A stretch of DNA of 64,000 nucleotides from Trichoplax adhaerens (GCF_000150275.1 NW_002060944.1:375614-439613); one strand, 5' to 3'. Shown: positions 13,001 to 28,000, counted from the stretch's first letter. Made by a program: numbers and translations. Notes: generated by a model from the sequence alone, not told the origin.

Positions 13001-16000
13001 TAACCATCAATTAATTATATGGTCAAAATTTAAGGCATATTTACTAAATATCATACTAAACGTAGAAATGACCGGTATTTCTTCAAGTAAAATTGCTATC
13101 GATGGCGAACCTGATAAGTTTGTTGAAAGCTCTAATTCAGCAAGTTAGTATATTCTAACGTTTATGCCGGCAGTTATTGTGCTGATGTTCATTGCAATAT
13201 TTGTAATACCTCCAGGACAGCATAAGCAAAAATACATACTAGTCATGTAGTAATATCTAATTCTCTTACTACCGGTAATTTTGAGCTTTCGTATCATTTC
13301 CAAAGCAGGAAACAGAAATTTCTTACATAGCTTTCAATTCACAATACATACTTTTCAATTTGTTGCATAGGTATATCTGAACAAAAGCCCATAATTATAC
13401 TGCGTTTTCTAATATTGTTATTTGAATTACTACTTTGCATACATTTGGACAAAGTTTTTCAAGTTTAAATATGCTACTTTTTGCAACCGTATCAGTTCAT
13501 ATAATCCAGATGCAATTGTCTATGATGCACATATCTCACGTGCATTCTTCATTGAGAAAGAAATATCAAACAAATTTCAAATTGTCTCATTATCCCAAAT
13601 GTTTTGAATATAGACCGTAGGAAAGGTTTTCCTAAGGCATACAGAATATTCGCAAATGCTGGATTGTTAATGAAAATATCTGTCTTAACCTTAGTAATAG
13701 TATTGTGATATACTGCAGTGATTAATATGACTAGACCTTTAAATCAGTCAATATATCCAATTTATTTTACTTAGAGAAAACTAGAAGTACTAAGGAGAAA
13801 CAAGATAGAGTCTAATCATTAATTCTACGATTTCCTAGCTCCCTCTTCCTGTGGCTTAATTTCCTCAGCCATTTTAAATATTGTCTATTTTATACATTTA
13901 CACTCAAATTCAAATTACAAATTTATGACCATTACACTATGTAAAGAATCAAATCTGAATCTGGATCATTAATACTAACGTTTTTATTGTATCAGAGATA
14001 AATACCATTACGTGAACATAACAGTTAGCAGTATTTAATTTCTTCAATCTAGGCAAGAAGAAGATTCAAATTGACAGCATTTTCTTTGAATCAGTAAAAA
14101 TGCAAAATCGACGTAATCGAATTACAAATTTATTAAGCTTACGGAGAAAGAATTCTAATAAAATGGATTACTCACAAAATTATTCGAATCAAACAATACG
14201 AGGTAATAATCGAAAATGATTGCAAATTATTTAAACTCTACGATAATGATTGACTATTACACAATGAATTATCTGGTTTTAGATGTGGTAATAAAGAAAG
14301 AAGAGAAGGATTTATTGCCAACTTCAAAGGATCGTAATAAGTCTGGAAGAAGTAATGAATTGCTTATTGCATCGTCAATTAGTCATGAATTAAAAGGTTA
14401 GTTCTTGTGTAGATTGGCAAGTGAGTGAGTATTTTCTAGTCTTTCTGCTCAATTTTTGCTTTCATATTATTATTAACTACTTCAACTTGTATTAAATCTG
14501 AATCCAGCTGTCAATAAAGCAAATATGCCGGCGCTTGAAAGCGAAAAAAAATTGATTAGTCAAGAAATTAAAAGTCCATTTTTACCACTGCAAGGCTGTA
14601 CTTCCAAAAATCATCAAATGAGAGAAATCTTTAATCAAGCTGGAATACAAATTGGATCACAATATTCTGGTAAATGGAGTATAATATTCATTTAGCCTAT
14701 TCAATTTATCAGAATGGTTATAAAAAAAAGTTACAGCTTTAATGCTTTGTCAATTGTACAATTTAGAGACGATAAAATGTGAGAAATTATCGTCATCGAA
14801 TCAACATAGTGATTTGAAGAAAAGAATAGACACAACTAATGACTTTAAAGGAATAAAAAGGAAGAATATTGCTGAAAATTTAGGTCTGAAGTACTTTTAT
14901 ATTCGAGTACCGACGTAGATTATAGACTTCTCAATAGTAGTAGAAGTTTCACTTGCATTTGCATAAAGAGAAATTTCAACCAATTTATTTTTTACATTTT
15001 TGCCTATGAGCAGAAAGAATGACTAAAAACCAATTTTTCGAGGGCCCAAGAAAGCAGAATGATCAACTATTTAGGACCAATGTGATAAAGAAAAGATTTC
15101 TAGGCCCTAATTCCTCGGATCAATGTTGCGATCTGAACTCGTCGTTACATACTTCTGACAATAAGGCAGAGCATCAATTATTTCTGAACGTACGCGAAAA
15201 ATATCACGTTAAGAAGACCATCCGAAAAGATTCGAAAGCAACCTTCGAAACACTAGATACATTGACAGTTTGTAACAGTCACAACAATGAATGTGTTAAG
15301 AAAAAATCTTTAACAAAGGCTATAAAAAAAGAATTAGATCTTGAAACTTGTTCAAGTCATGACGATTACGCAACAGAAGCTACGCCGGATCCAATAACTA
15401 AAGAACTAGAAATTAGAAGAAATAATGATCATCTTAACTGCTTAGGTGGTGCAAGGAAACTTTTGCTTACTTCCGCAGACGACATAATCACCTCAAAGGT
15501 GTTTAATGAAAGTAAGACTGGAATCATTGAAAAAAAGTCTCTAGCTGTAGTTTTGGAAGATCTATCGTCTGTAATGGGCAGCTGCTCCGAAGAGATTATT
15601 GAAACTTTAGCCAAAGCTTCGGAACAGCAATCGACAGAGTCATCAGATACTGCTAGCTATGAAATTAGTACGACAAGCAGTTGTATAAGTGCGCCTACTA
15701 ATAGACAGTTTAACGTTCCATTGCCCAAGCATTTGAATGGCAATGATCATGTTGAAGACTGCAGGCTAGATACAGATGCAAGCAACCAATTAGGACCTGA
15801 ATTAGCTCAAAGTGCAGAAGAAAAGGAAATGATTCTGTCTTCTACTCACTCGCTGTCTAATGAATTTTCCAAAAATGAAATATATGATACGTATTACGAT
15901 GATAGTAGCGATTCTACTATTTCAGATATTATGGATGAAATGGCAGAAAGCAGTAAAAATCTACTAGAAACAAGAGCGCTATATCGCAAGGCTGAGACAG

Positions 16001-19000
16001 AATCTTCCTCTACTGTCTCTGAGGATACACTATTAAATCTTCAAATAAAAAACGAAACTGATAGTAATATGGCAAAAGCGGATAAAATTCCGGCTATGAT
16101 GCCAGAATTAAAAGCTTGCAATCATCAACCTAAACAAAATACTACAATGCCATACATATCTGAATTACATGAGTATGAGGATGATGAAGCATGCAATACC
16201 GGTAATATGAAAATATACTATGTGAAGAAAAGTTGCCATAACTAGTTATATCATCTTGTTTGTAATTTTATTATGCCTCTTTTATTTCTATAGTTAATGT
16301 TTATTTTCTGTTTCTTAAGTACATTTAGTTCAGCAGAAGGAGTCGCTTGTTTCGAACTCATCAGCAGAAGTACTACTACAAGATATTGGTCAAATTGATG
16401 AAGCAAGAAATCGAGAATTACCGATACTGTCGGATGACAATGATGATTCGACAGTTTCAAGTAAGTTACTGAAAATGTTAATATTACCTTATTATTTCAT
16501 ATTGGAAGAATTTTACTGAAATGATAAATTAATCAGCTATTCGTATGTTCTTTCTGGTGTAAAGATCTTTCATTTGAAGTCTGCTCTCAACCAGGTAAAT
16601 CTCCTTCCACCAGTAATAGAGATATTTTATTTTAAGACTTTGATTTTCATTTTATGCAATTAGATCCAACGCCAGAAGGTAATCTTAGTCGAAGCCTATC
16701 GAGAGATAAAGGCATGCACGGTATATTGCAAGTAATTTTGATAAATATGTGTCGATAATACGTTAAAGAGGAGTTTTATATCAAAAGTTTCAATTTTGGC
16801 ATGCTGGACATTATAAATGATTAAAAATGTCGGATTAGCATAAATTTATTTTACCTTATATACTACAGATGATCGCATTAATGAAACGGTTAAGAAGGAA
16901 GATTCACTACGAAAAGAAATATCGAAAGAGACTACAAAAGCAGGTAAAAACGTTTTATACCTTAAGAATATTTTAGATTAGAATTTTGAACGCAGTCTGA
17001 CGATCCCTTTTTATTAGATGTAGGTGTTGCCGTCGAACTACATGATCACGACTACAGCAAAATAAACATATATCTATCAGGTAACAAAACTAAACAAACT
17101 CGTCTCCATTTGGTGTCTTAAAACATAAATACTACGTAATTTCTAGTACGATGAAAAGCATTAATCGAGAGATTTCAGTAGTATAGGAATATTTGTGGTA
17201 TCGCAAGTTGTGTTGATTCAAACTTTCTTATAATGTAATATACTAAACTAAGTTTTGAATAGATGCTAATTTTATTTTTCAGCCAATAAGGATGCTGACT
17301 TAGAAAGATTAGCTAAACTAAGAGGTTTGGATATTAATGATGTCATCGCTGCATATAGTATGACAGAACTGGCTTTAGAGGGAAAAAATAAAGCCAACGA
17401 CGAAGGTTAATCGAGGAAATGTATTAATAAATTGATTTAGGATTTCAGACATCTTCAACTGGAAAGGATTATAGAATTTTTAAATTTTAGCTGAATTCCT
17501 CAATTAAGTGCAAGATTTGATATTTAAATGATTTATTTTGCTATGTGTAAATAGTTAAAATCTTTCCTGAACGTTAATTGTATGATACCTAATGGCAGTG
17601 ATTCAGTAATTAGAATGAAATCACGATCATTGGCACTTGAATGCCGGAAAAGATTGAAAATCTAATTGCTAGTAATCACTTGTGCTGGTAATCAGTTGCG
17701 ATTGCTAGCATTAACAGCGATTTCATTCCCAATTTCTTAAAGTAGACAGATATAGCTAAGCTTACATATGTTCGTAATGATATTTCTTGTGCTTACTTAC
17801 ATAGCAAGATCAAATGTGTGCGATAGTGATCATCTATCTGAAAACATGCAAAAGGCTGGCATTTGCATTAAAGATGATAAAGGTATCATAACATCTTAAG
17901 AATAATACTTTTTAGCTTAATAGATGCTAGGCATGAAAAAAAAATTTGAAGAAACAAATCCTTTCAAAAGCTCCTCAGTTAAGTGATAAATTGATTTTAA
18001 GGTAGCTAAATTATTTCATTATAAAATTTCAGCTGCGATTGTTCGGTATCAAAGCGATGATATTTCTGACGATTCTTTCAGAACGTCCGATCTATATGCC
18101 CTTAAAAGTAAGTAATTTGATGATATTATCTGCAAAATAGCAAGACTTGATGAAAAATTACGCCATAAAATCCTGCAACTGCTTTTACGAAAATGATCAT
18201 ATTAAAATAAATAAATGAAGGTAGATATTTTTCATTTAAGCGATAATCTGTTCAATATCCAGCACATAACCGGCTTTATTTTTTATTTCTTGAAAACCAA
18301 AATATAATTCCTGAATAAGCTGAATAAATATTCAATATTATTAATAACTAAAATTGACTTGAGAACAAAATTCTGTATTGTATAAAAATGAAAGGCTAAA
18401 TCTCAGCTTGGATTAACTAATTATGCTAATTTTGAATAGAAATTTGAAAAAAACATTCATCCAAATAATTTCGAATATTCTGTGCATACCGTAGTATATG
18501 TTATTCGGATTTTGAAAAATTTGACTTGCAATCTTAATATCTAGATCTTATTCTATTTTAAGATATATGCTCATCAGATTCTTATAATTTCGTACACATT
18601 CATTTTAAATACTTTTAAATTTCGGAACTTGCAGTCGCTTAATGAATGCACTTGATAACTAATCAGACAATTGGAGGTCATATTATGACCATTTTAGTCT
18701 ATCCTCGTTTCAGTTACTGTAAGCTAGTTTTGCACTAATTTAATTTCTTAATTAGTATAGGCAAGTAATTGGTTGATGTTGATATAACTTTCATTCTAAT
18801 AATACCAGCTAATATCCTTCCTGATTGAAGAGATACTCATGATCTTGAAATCTACAGCACTTCAACAATTGCTTCATAAATTGTCAATGCTGTGACCTTA
18901 TGCTTTTCATCCACAAAATTCTTGATTTGCCATGTTTACTAGTAGACAATGCTCAAGAATCCAAATTCGTTTCTTTTAAACCGTATCCATCTTACAAAGC

Positions 19001-22000
19001 TACTGATACAAGTCCAAGTAAGCATACATGCAATAAGCAGGAAAGCATGATGCATTCGCGTAAAGGTATTATCATACGAGCCGCGTTAGGAAACATAAAA
19101 ATGTTACAGAATATTATAACTAAGTATATATTTGATAGAAATCTAGGGGCTAACTATTAATAAATTCTATCATTATCACAAATATTTGGAACAAATAGTG
19201 AAATTAAACGATCAACATGATACGATAAGTGCAAGCTGTTTGTTTAATCTTAAACACGAAGAAAGTCGGACGCCTTTACCTGCTAGTATGATTGCTTGTA
19301 TATATATATAATTATGAAGAAAACTACTAATTGTAGAGATTTGAATAAACCATAGATCGAAATCATTCGCTATTTTATTATATCATTTAACGAGCTGCTA
19401 ATTGCATTTATAAATGATAGATTACTTAAGTCAGGAAGAAGAATTGAAAGAAAATTTTTATCCACAAAGGAAATCGAAGGACCTAAATCATAAGACAAAC
19501 AGTAAAGATGCCAACGATTCTAAAGGCAAGAAGCAATTCGACTATCAAGTATTTTTAACCCGGTTTCTAATAATAATTTGCAAAAAATATGACGAGTGAG
19601 CTATAGTCAGATGGCTTCAATTTTGGATAGTGTAAAATTAATTATTTTACCGGCATACATCACTAGATTCTAACTTACTTTGAATTTAACCTTTTAAGAG
19701 CTTTACTATGACAACGTAACGTGCCTATCACTGTTTTTATTAATGAAATTTAACTACTCGATGCAGTATTTACGTGTAATTAGAAGCAACGATTGGGTTT
19801 GGAAGTTATGCGATGTTTTAAAAGTGATTTATACGAGATACTGCATCAAATGGAACTATACTTGAAGCTTAAATTCGTTCGGCATTGAAGATATTGCCTA
19901 ATGAAACAAAGAAAAGTTTTAAACAATAACTTTATACCCTTATTGATTAACTCGTGATGTTAACCAAATTGTCCATGTAACTTCAAAATTGTTATTAAAG
20001 TTATTTACGGATTTGATAGATTATCCATATTTTTCGACGATTTCCTGTCAGAATGGAAGTCAAAGTGCAGTAAAAGTTTACGATACACAGCCTAAAGCGC
20101 TTGATTCCAAGAACTCCGAAAAGGAAAGTGCTAATACATCTTATGGCGGAGGTATAGCGAATGGGATAATCTCTAATTGATGGCAGCTATTATTTTCAAT
20201 AAAATCAGCCGTGTGCAAGTGCTATAACGGGATTTCATTTGGCCAAATTGTATTATCTTTAATTAGTAATTATAAGACGTAGAACTTGTTGATTTACTCT
20301 GCATAGTTAGCGTTAGTAATTGCACTGGATAAATTATTTAATATTAGGAAATTTAGTATTATTACAGTACTTACTAGACAAGCTCGATATATTTAAGTCT
20401 TAACTGCCTTGAATCAAGCTAAATCTGGACAAATCTTGAATGACAGTTTATCTAGGATAAATATGGATGTTTGTTAATATTTTCGAATTACTACACTGCT
20501 ATTATTATATGTAGTAAAAGAATACATTTAATTTATCTAAATATATACCTGGAATATTTAGGTACTCCCTCATTACCATCATCAATCCGAGCGGTTAAAT
20601 CTGGAATACCAAAACCAGCAAGTTTGTTTTGTTCTGTGAAAAGATTCTATTCTACTAAATTTAAACATGTTTGTTTGCTTTTGAAACTTCACTCATTCAA
20701 TGTTCACAAAATTTATCAAATATTTACCTAACAGATTTCAACAAAAATCATGAAGTACTCTCTAATAATAAAGGTAAAGTAATGAAGTAGCTACTGCTTC
20801 CAGTTGTCGATAAAATGAGTAGACAATGTTCATGTTACATAGGAAAATTTTATCTCAAACCTACTCAATGTTTCGTAGAAGATTTGATTTTAAAAATACT
20901 TAACATCACTATTAGATGTAGATATATGCTCTTTATTGCACATTATGAGTTATAATATTAGAGTGGTAAAAATAAGCAAAAGTGGATCAACATTCACTTT
21001 TAGTGTTTCGAAGTCACAAAATCTAAATCTACATGCTATTTATTTGATAAGCTGCGGCAGTAGAAGTGATAAAGGATTACCGGCAGCAATTAGTTCCGGC
21101 ATTTAATGAAAGCAACAAAGATCAAACCAAAACCCAACAGCCTCAAAGTAGTGTCATTATTAAAAAAATTTAGATGTGTTACATCATTATTTTTAGAAAG
21201 TCAATACTGTTTTCACCTAACTTTTAACGATAGAAATCATAGTTCATCGTCCAAGGCCGATTTTGAAGCGCAGCAGAAGTGATCCTGTCGAAGATTCTGA
21301 TGCAATGCTAATCAACGGTACTATTCCAGCGCTAAAGCGTGATAAACGCGATAACTGGTCTGAAGATAATAGTAAACTTCTAAGTAAGCTGCACGTTTAA
21401 TCATTTATCAGGGGATTAAATAATTTCGACCAAAACATTTGTTTACTTATGCTTGTAATTATTAGCGGGCGATGCTGCAATAGTAAGCGAAAATAACCGG
21501 ATCAAGTCTAAGTCAAGAGGTAAAGAATTTTGTAATCTGGCATGACAGATTCTACTGTAGTTCTACAGATTGTCGTCAGATAAAACCATTATTAGTGATG
21601 AATAAGCTTTTACAGATTTAGTACGAGCAACTAAAAAGCTATATTAGAAAAGTTCTTGGCAGATACATTGTGCTTATTGAATAATAGAAGTTTAACATTT
21701 GCTAATGCGGTGCTGATAAAAAGATTTACGTAGGCTTAAATTAAGGAACTTAAACTAGTTGCTAGATTATTACACTGTTACTATCAATCGTTTGAGAACA
21801 TCCTTTTATTCATAGAAATTAATTAATTTGCTTTACGGTTAAAACATACCAAGGTAATGAAAATCTGTTGCTTACGGCCTAAATTGTCCATGTTACAGAT
21901 GTTAAAGTTGAAAAAGTCTGGTCACTAGCTGAAAAAAATTCTGTTTCCAATTACCAGGAGTTCTTGAAAACAGAAGGAAACGATATTGGAAAATTTTCAG

Positions 22001-25000
22001 GTCGAGGTCAATATTTTACTGAAATAACGATTTCAACACCTTTCTGTCACTGCTTTATATGGCATTGCAGTAAAATTAAAATAGTTGATGTTTGGATTTT
22101 ATAGGAGATACAACAACGTGGAGTAAGCTTGGTCGATTGGACAATACATTAAGAATGAGATTGATTCAACTGAGTGTATTCAAGTCTTCAGCTAATATTC
22201 CAGTCAGTTTGATTAGTATCCTGTGGCAAGAACATCCTTCGGTTGTGAGAAATGAAATTATGATAATGGAGAGGTATCATTTCGTTAAATACTACTGGGA
22301 AGATGGGAGGTGAGAAAGCGATGGCCAACAAATCTAGACGAAATTGCTTTGTATCTTCCATATTGTAAATGTAGAGTTACGATCAGAAAATACTAAGTTG
22401 GATTGTATCTGCTTACAGTATTATTAAAGCATTAGAAAACTGCCACTTTTAAATGAGAGGAATGTTCTAAATGCACTTACTGCCTTTTAAATGGCAGAAA
22501 ATATTCTAAATGTACTTACTGCATTACCAAATGTACGCTTTATTTTATTTTAAACGATACTTCATGTTAAAATAATTGTATATAACAATTAACTTACTAC
22601 AGAAAAAGTAATCGTGATTGATTCAAAGTTGACCGTTTGCTTTTTAGTATCTGATAGCAATCATAATTTAATGTATAGAATAGATCTGTAATTCTACTTT
22701 GATAAACTATTGATATGACTTTATATAGAGAATTTTGCAAAATTGATGCGGCTATAGTCGATGATCTTCGAGAGCTCCATCCGAACCCTAGCTACTCAAA
22801 TGAACTTTTAATTAATCGTTGTCAATTACGATTTGGTCGAGACTTGCGCATCATGGAAGACGATGGATATATGTACCAGCATATTATTGAACATGCTCTT
22901 ACAGCGAAGAAATCGTCTATCGCTATTCATTTATTGAATGATATTAAATGGATTTCTGCCAAGATTAAAGCTTGTGGAAATATTATGACATTACTAAAGG
23001 ACTATGCAAAGTGTGAAGAACAACTAGATTATATGGTAATTCTAAAATCTTTTACAAATATGTGACAGCACTAGTTGCTTTTCGAGTAGAAGAAACTGAA
23101 TCGCATTCATAGCAGTATCTAAACGAACGCTTGCTCATTATTATGCAACAGAAATCCATTGCTAATAGAGGCCAAATATTTACTTAAAATTTATAAAATT
23201 CAAGTAGTGATTTTAAAATTTCTGAATTTAAATATCGGTATGAAACTTAATATCTAAGCAGCACATAACTCTTTCTTTGTTACATAAATCCATTACTTCT
23301 TCGTAGTTTATTTGCTTTAATTAAGACATAAATTTTAATCAGTCGTCCCATCTAACAGAATTAATAACAGCACCTTAATGCTTGTCAGTACACTATTGCA
23401 CGGAGCGCAGACTAACTAATGAACTTTAAACCAACAAGCAAGTTTGATTATACTAATAGTTAATTATGGAGTATAAAAGTAAATAGTTAGTTCCTCCCGG
23501 CACCTAATGATTCTGATAGTACACTTATTCTATAATTTAAAATACTTCTATTTATTTCAGCAATGGCTAGAATTGCGTGATTTATGCCTTTTCTTCCGTC
23601 GACATGGTGCGTTTGTAAATGCTGCAAGTACGAACTTGATTCAATTCGTGCTTAATCATACCAGCGATGGTGCAACTCATAAAAGGGCAATAAAGGCTGC
23701 TTTAGAGTGTAAACGTGAAAATCATACATTATATTATTACCAATTAATGTAAGCTAATGTAGTGATGGATCTATCTAGAATTATTATCATGAAATTCACA
23801 GTTAAAATAGAATAATGCTTATACGATGGAAGTTATAACCTAATCTTTCATGTTAACATGATTCATTTTAAAGAGGGCGTGACTTTGAAAGGATCAATCC
23901 TGTTTGGCTGCAGTGCTTAGCACTACCAACTACACTTCAGGGCATGTCTATACATTTAAGATGCTCTAATCCTACACACACCAAATTTAGAGTTGCTCTA
24001 AGTGATGAAAGACAAACGAGAGTAAGTTTAATATTTTGATTTTTAATGATAATATGAATCACTTGTGAATGGTGCCGACGTTTATTCCAATTTTAATAAT
24101 CCTAAAAAATCTTCCATTAGGTTGTAGATTTTAATACGTTTCTTGAAAAATTTAAAACTGACTTAACTTGCCCCAGTAAAATATCTCCAAATGGTCAAAT
24201 TGTTGCCTTTGTAAGTGTAATCATTTTAGCTGTTCCGCTTATTTATGCATAAATATGTTAAGAGCAGCAAGTAAACCTCATAATTTTATATCCATTCATG
24301 TTTGCAAACTTTATTACATTTAATGTAATTGCAGCTCAGCTATGTTGTTTTAAAGATTTCTTTTATATATGTAAGTTTGCTCGTGAAATATACGTCAAGA
24401 TCTCATTTGCGTATCAGCAAAGCAAAACTTCAAAAATTGATTGACAAGATCTTACCTGAAACACATAGCTACATCTACAAACATTTAATTGCATATAACG
24501 GAAAATAGAATTGGCGATGAAGTACCTTATATTCCATGATTAGTATTTTAATAATTGCTTTTTTAAACATAGATGGATTCTACTTTTTCCTGGCAAGCTT
24601 GGCATATCGACAGAAAGCGCAATATACCATTTGTAATTAATGGGAAAGGAACAAACTCTTTGCATTGTTCCGAACTAGAATTTTCACCTGCACAGCAAAT
24701 TTCTCTGGTGTGCTGGATGAACCTGCATGTGGAAGTTAGTATTGAACGTCATCATAATTGATTCTAAGCGATATTTATATCGCCAAATGGGTAGAAAACT
24801 GTAGCTTTGCTAATATCAGAATAGAGACTGATATTGCCATTCCGTATTGCTGTATCCGTTATATTATTAACTTATAACTTATTATCCCAGTTTGTATCGA
24901 TGGAGATCATTTCATCTAGATATCGTTAGCATAAATGCAAAATAATTGTTACTAACATTCGTTCCTTGCACTCTTCTTTTTTATACAAGGTATGGTGTCT

Positions 25001-28000
25001 AAATGGTGATAAATTTCATTTGCGACAGAAATGGAATCCACACGCTCACGATATACAATTTTGCCAGTTTCATGAAAATGGGACTAAATTAGTTACTTAT
25101 AGCATCATTGGTCAGTCTTATCAGCCTATTAATAATCCTCGTTACATTTGTCCCACAGTTTCTAAAGCGGGATGGCAAATAGAACTTAAAGTATGGAAAA
25201 TTTTATAGTTGTTGCTGATTAGCATTAATATCTTTATAAAGTGTGCCATATAAGCTTCTATTAATTTGAGAAAGGCCAAAGCCATTTATTTTATTTGTTA
25301 ATATTGAAATTAAAATTAAATGAAAAATTAATTCAACCAGACAATCGAAAAATTAAAATGACATTTATAACGTATATGAATGAAGTGGTTGGCAGTGCTC
25401 ATTTTACATGTTACACATATTATATAATTTACCGCTAGCGCTTTCATAAGATATTTCTTTTCAGTTTCTATACTCTTATTTTAGAAGTTTCCTTGCTTTA
25501 ATGTGCTTAATTTGCCAAATATTAATTACCGTGCAATTGCAATAGGCTTGGCAGTTAGAATCATTCAAGCAAATTGATTGCTTGGAATTTCATTTTGCAC
25601 GACGCAAATCTCGTGATCAAGGATGGCCTACTATTACTTTTCAGCTTCAATGTGTTAAGTACATTACAAAGCAATTAGCTGTTGTTGATATCGGTAAATC
25701 TGTTGATCAACATTGCTATCATTGTATAAGCTTGCTTAAGCATTCTTATAAGCAAGCGATTTCATTAAAGAAGAAACTATCTACCAATTACCAATCCAAG
25801 CTACTAGATGAATTAGTAAACTTGCATGTTTCTGACGATACTCTTTTCCTCCTTGGTGTGCGATATCGGGAAATTCTAGTGAGTTTTTTTTAATTTATGT
25901 GACATTAAAAAATACTAGAAAGTTGTCTAATTAGTCTATTTGAATGTAGTAAATCGAATTTAATAGGAATCTACTCAATAATTATAATCTATAATAGAAA
26001 CCTAAGTAGGTTAAATTTTAAGATATCTTAATTCCATCACTATAGTACTACAACTTCAATCTACATTTTGAATATTTTTTACCTGTTAAATTTACCACAT
26101 TTCTTTTACAGCTTTATACCCGCCACGATAACACTATTTCTAGGTACCGTCAATTAAAACTCGATGTCGATCCCATAAAAAATAGTGTGCAATTCGTGAC
26201 TGGAGGAAACGAATTTGTTTATGCGGACGCCAATAAAAGAATTTATCTTATTGCTGCCGAAGAAACACCTTCGTCCTATCCATGTAGTCCGATCAACAGC
26301 CAAATCAAGCGGTCACATGGTAGTACTTTACAGTCTGAAAGTTGTGCATTTATAAATAGTTCTGTCACTTTCTGTAGCATTATTAAGAACAAAGAACAAA
26401 CAATCCTACAGGTGAGATGATAATTCTGAGATAGTGGTAAGGAGTCATGATGATTTAACAAAATCTTTCTTGCCTTCTCGGAATAGATCTATAAAGGAGA
26501 GCCATTGCAACTAAGTTGTCAAGCAGAAATTACAGCTCAGCAAAACTTACATAAAAATCTACATTGTTACTTATTTGACGAGTGGTTTTATATTATCGTT
26601 TCTTACGAACTCCGATGTGAAAGTAAATCATGCTCTGCAAGTATAGACACAGTTCATGCACATTTTTATATCATTGTAAGTTACATAAAATGCCGTAATT
26701 CTTGCTACCAGCTGTTGATAGTTAACGTTTAAAACATAGATAATCAAATTACCCATTGTTGGCTATGTAATTATAGATTCTTATACCTAAATAGTAGCTG
26801 TTCTTAACTAAACTTTATTTGCTATGATATAAGTATACCATCAACGCTCATCCACTCCTATTTCAGGCTAAACACTTAGATAACATTAAAGATAATGTAT
26901 GGACGGCCAGAAATCGACTACCTGTTAAAGAATTACCAACTTTAGGGAGATGTAAATATCGGATAAGTGATAACAAGCTGATAGTTCTTCGATCGACCCA
27001 TACTACGGTAAATTAAAGCTCTACATTAGTAATTGGTCTAGCACCATTAGTTTCAATAAATGCTACTATACCAGTGTTATTACCGATAGGTGGTGCATTC
27101 TGCCAATTGTAGTAATAATTTCTTTCACTGAATAATTATAATCAATCACGACAAGCTCGAAATTGTTGCAAAGCAACATAATGTATGTAATTTCATATTC
27201 TAATTAGGAAAAACAACTAAACTTCTACTAGCTAGTTTGTCGATATTTGAATGCTAATAATCTAGAATTAAAAGATTAAGTTTACAAAATTGAAAATTCT
27301 ATAAATAATATAAGTGTATTCCTAACCTGAAACGTGTAAAATATTGAACTATCTTTTCAAATTATAGTACATGTTTGTATGGCTGATCGACTGCTGTAAA
27401 GGAGAGACAATAGCAACTTATTTACTAAATAATTTTACTGCGTCAAGAATTATTTATTTTACTAATCAGTATATTGTTGCATATGCAAACTTGAACACTA
27501 CGTTTACGGTAAGCCATATGGTCTATCGACTGGCCAATTTTTAAGCTTCAATAAACGACTCTAACATATAGTTTCATTCGGAATTAATTACGCAGGTGTG
27601 GAAAATAGATGACAAATCTATCCAGTTGTTAGATAAACTTCATAAATATCCTTGCCATGAAAGCAAATTATCATACGGCAAATTAAATATAAAGGGTTTG
27701 GAATCTTCCTTAGATTGTGTACGATTATCTGAGCGCGCGCATACCGAACATTTTGGAAATTGGCACCTAGATATAAGGAGAAATGTTAGGTTTCAACATT
27801 TATTTGAAAATTTTAAGCCTACAGCTTAAAAATTTCTTAATCTAAAATCTATGTTTTGCATAAATTATGTAGGAATTTGATAATACAATAGAAATTTGTC
27901 GAGTACAAAATTGCAATCGGCAATTAATTCAAGTAGTTAATCAGAAGAATGGCCATTTTTTATTCTTCATAAGAAATGGATACGAATTTTCGGTAAGTTA

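Noticed and set aside
15019-16245. 408-aa ORF as a stand-alone gene
   Set aside because: It is bounded by a phase-1 acceptor (before 15014) and donor (after 16201) that fit the surrounding exon array, so it is an internal exon.
17041-17055. HCF-1-binding motif DHDY in exon 17018-17080
   Set aside because: A four-residue motif is expected by chance in more than 2,000 aa, and nothing in the context supports it.
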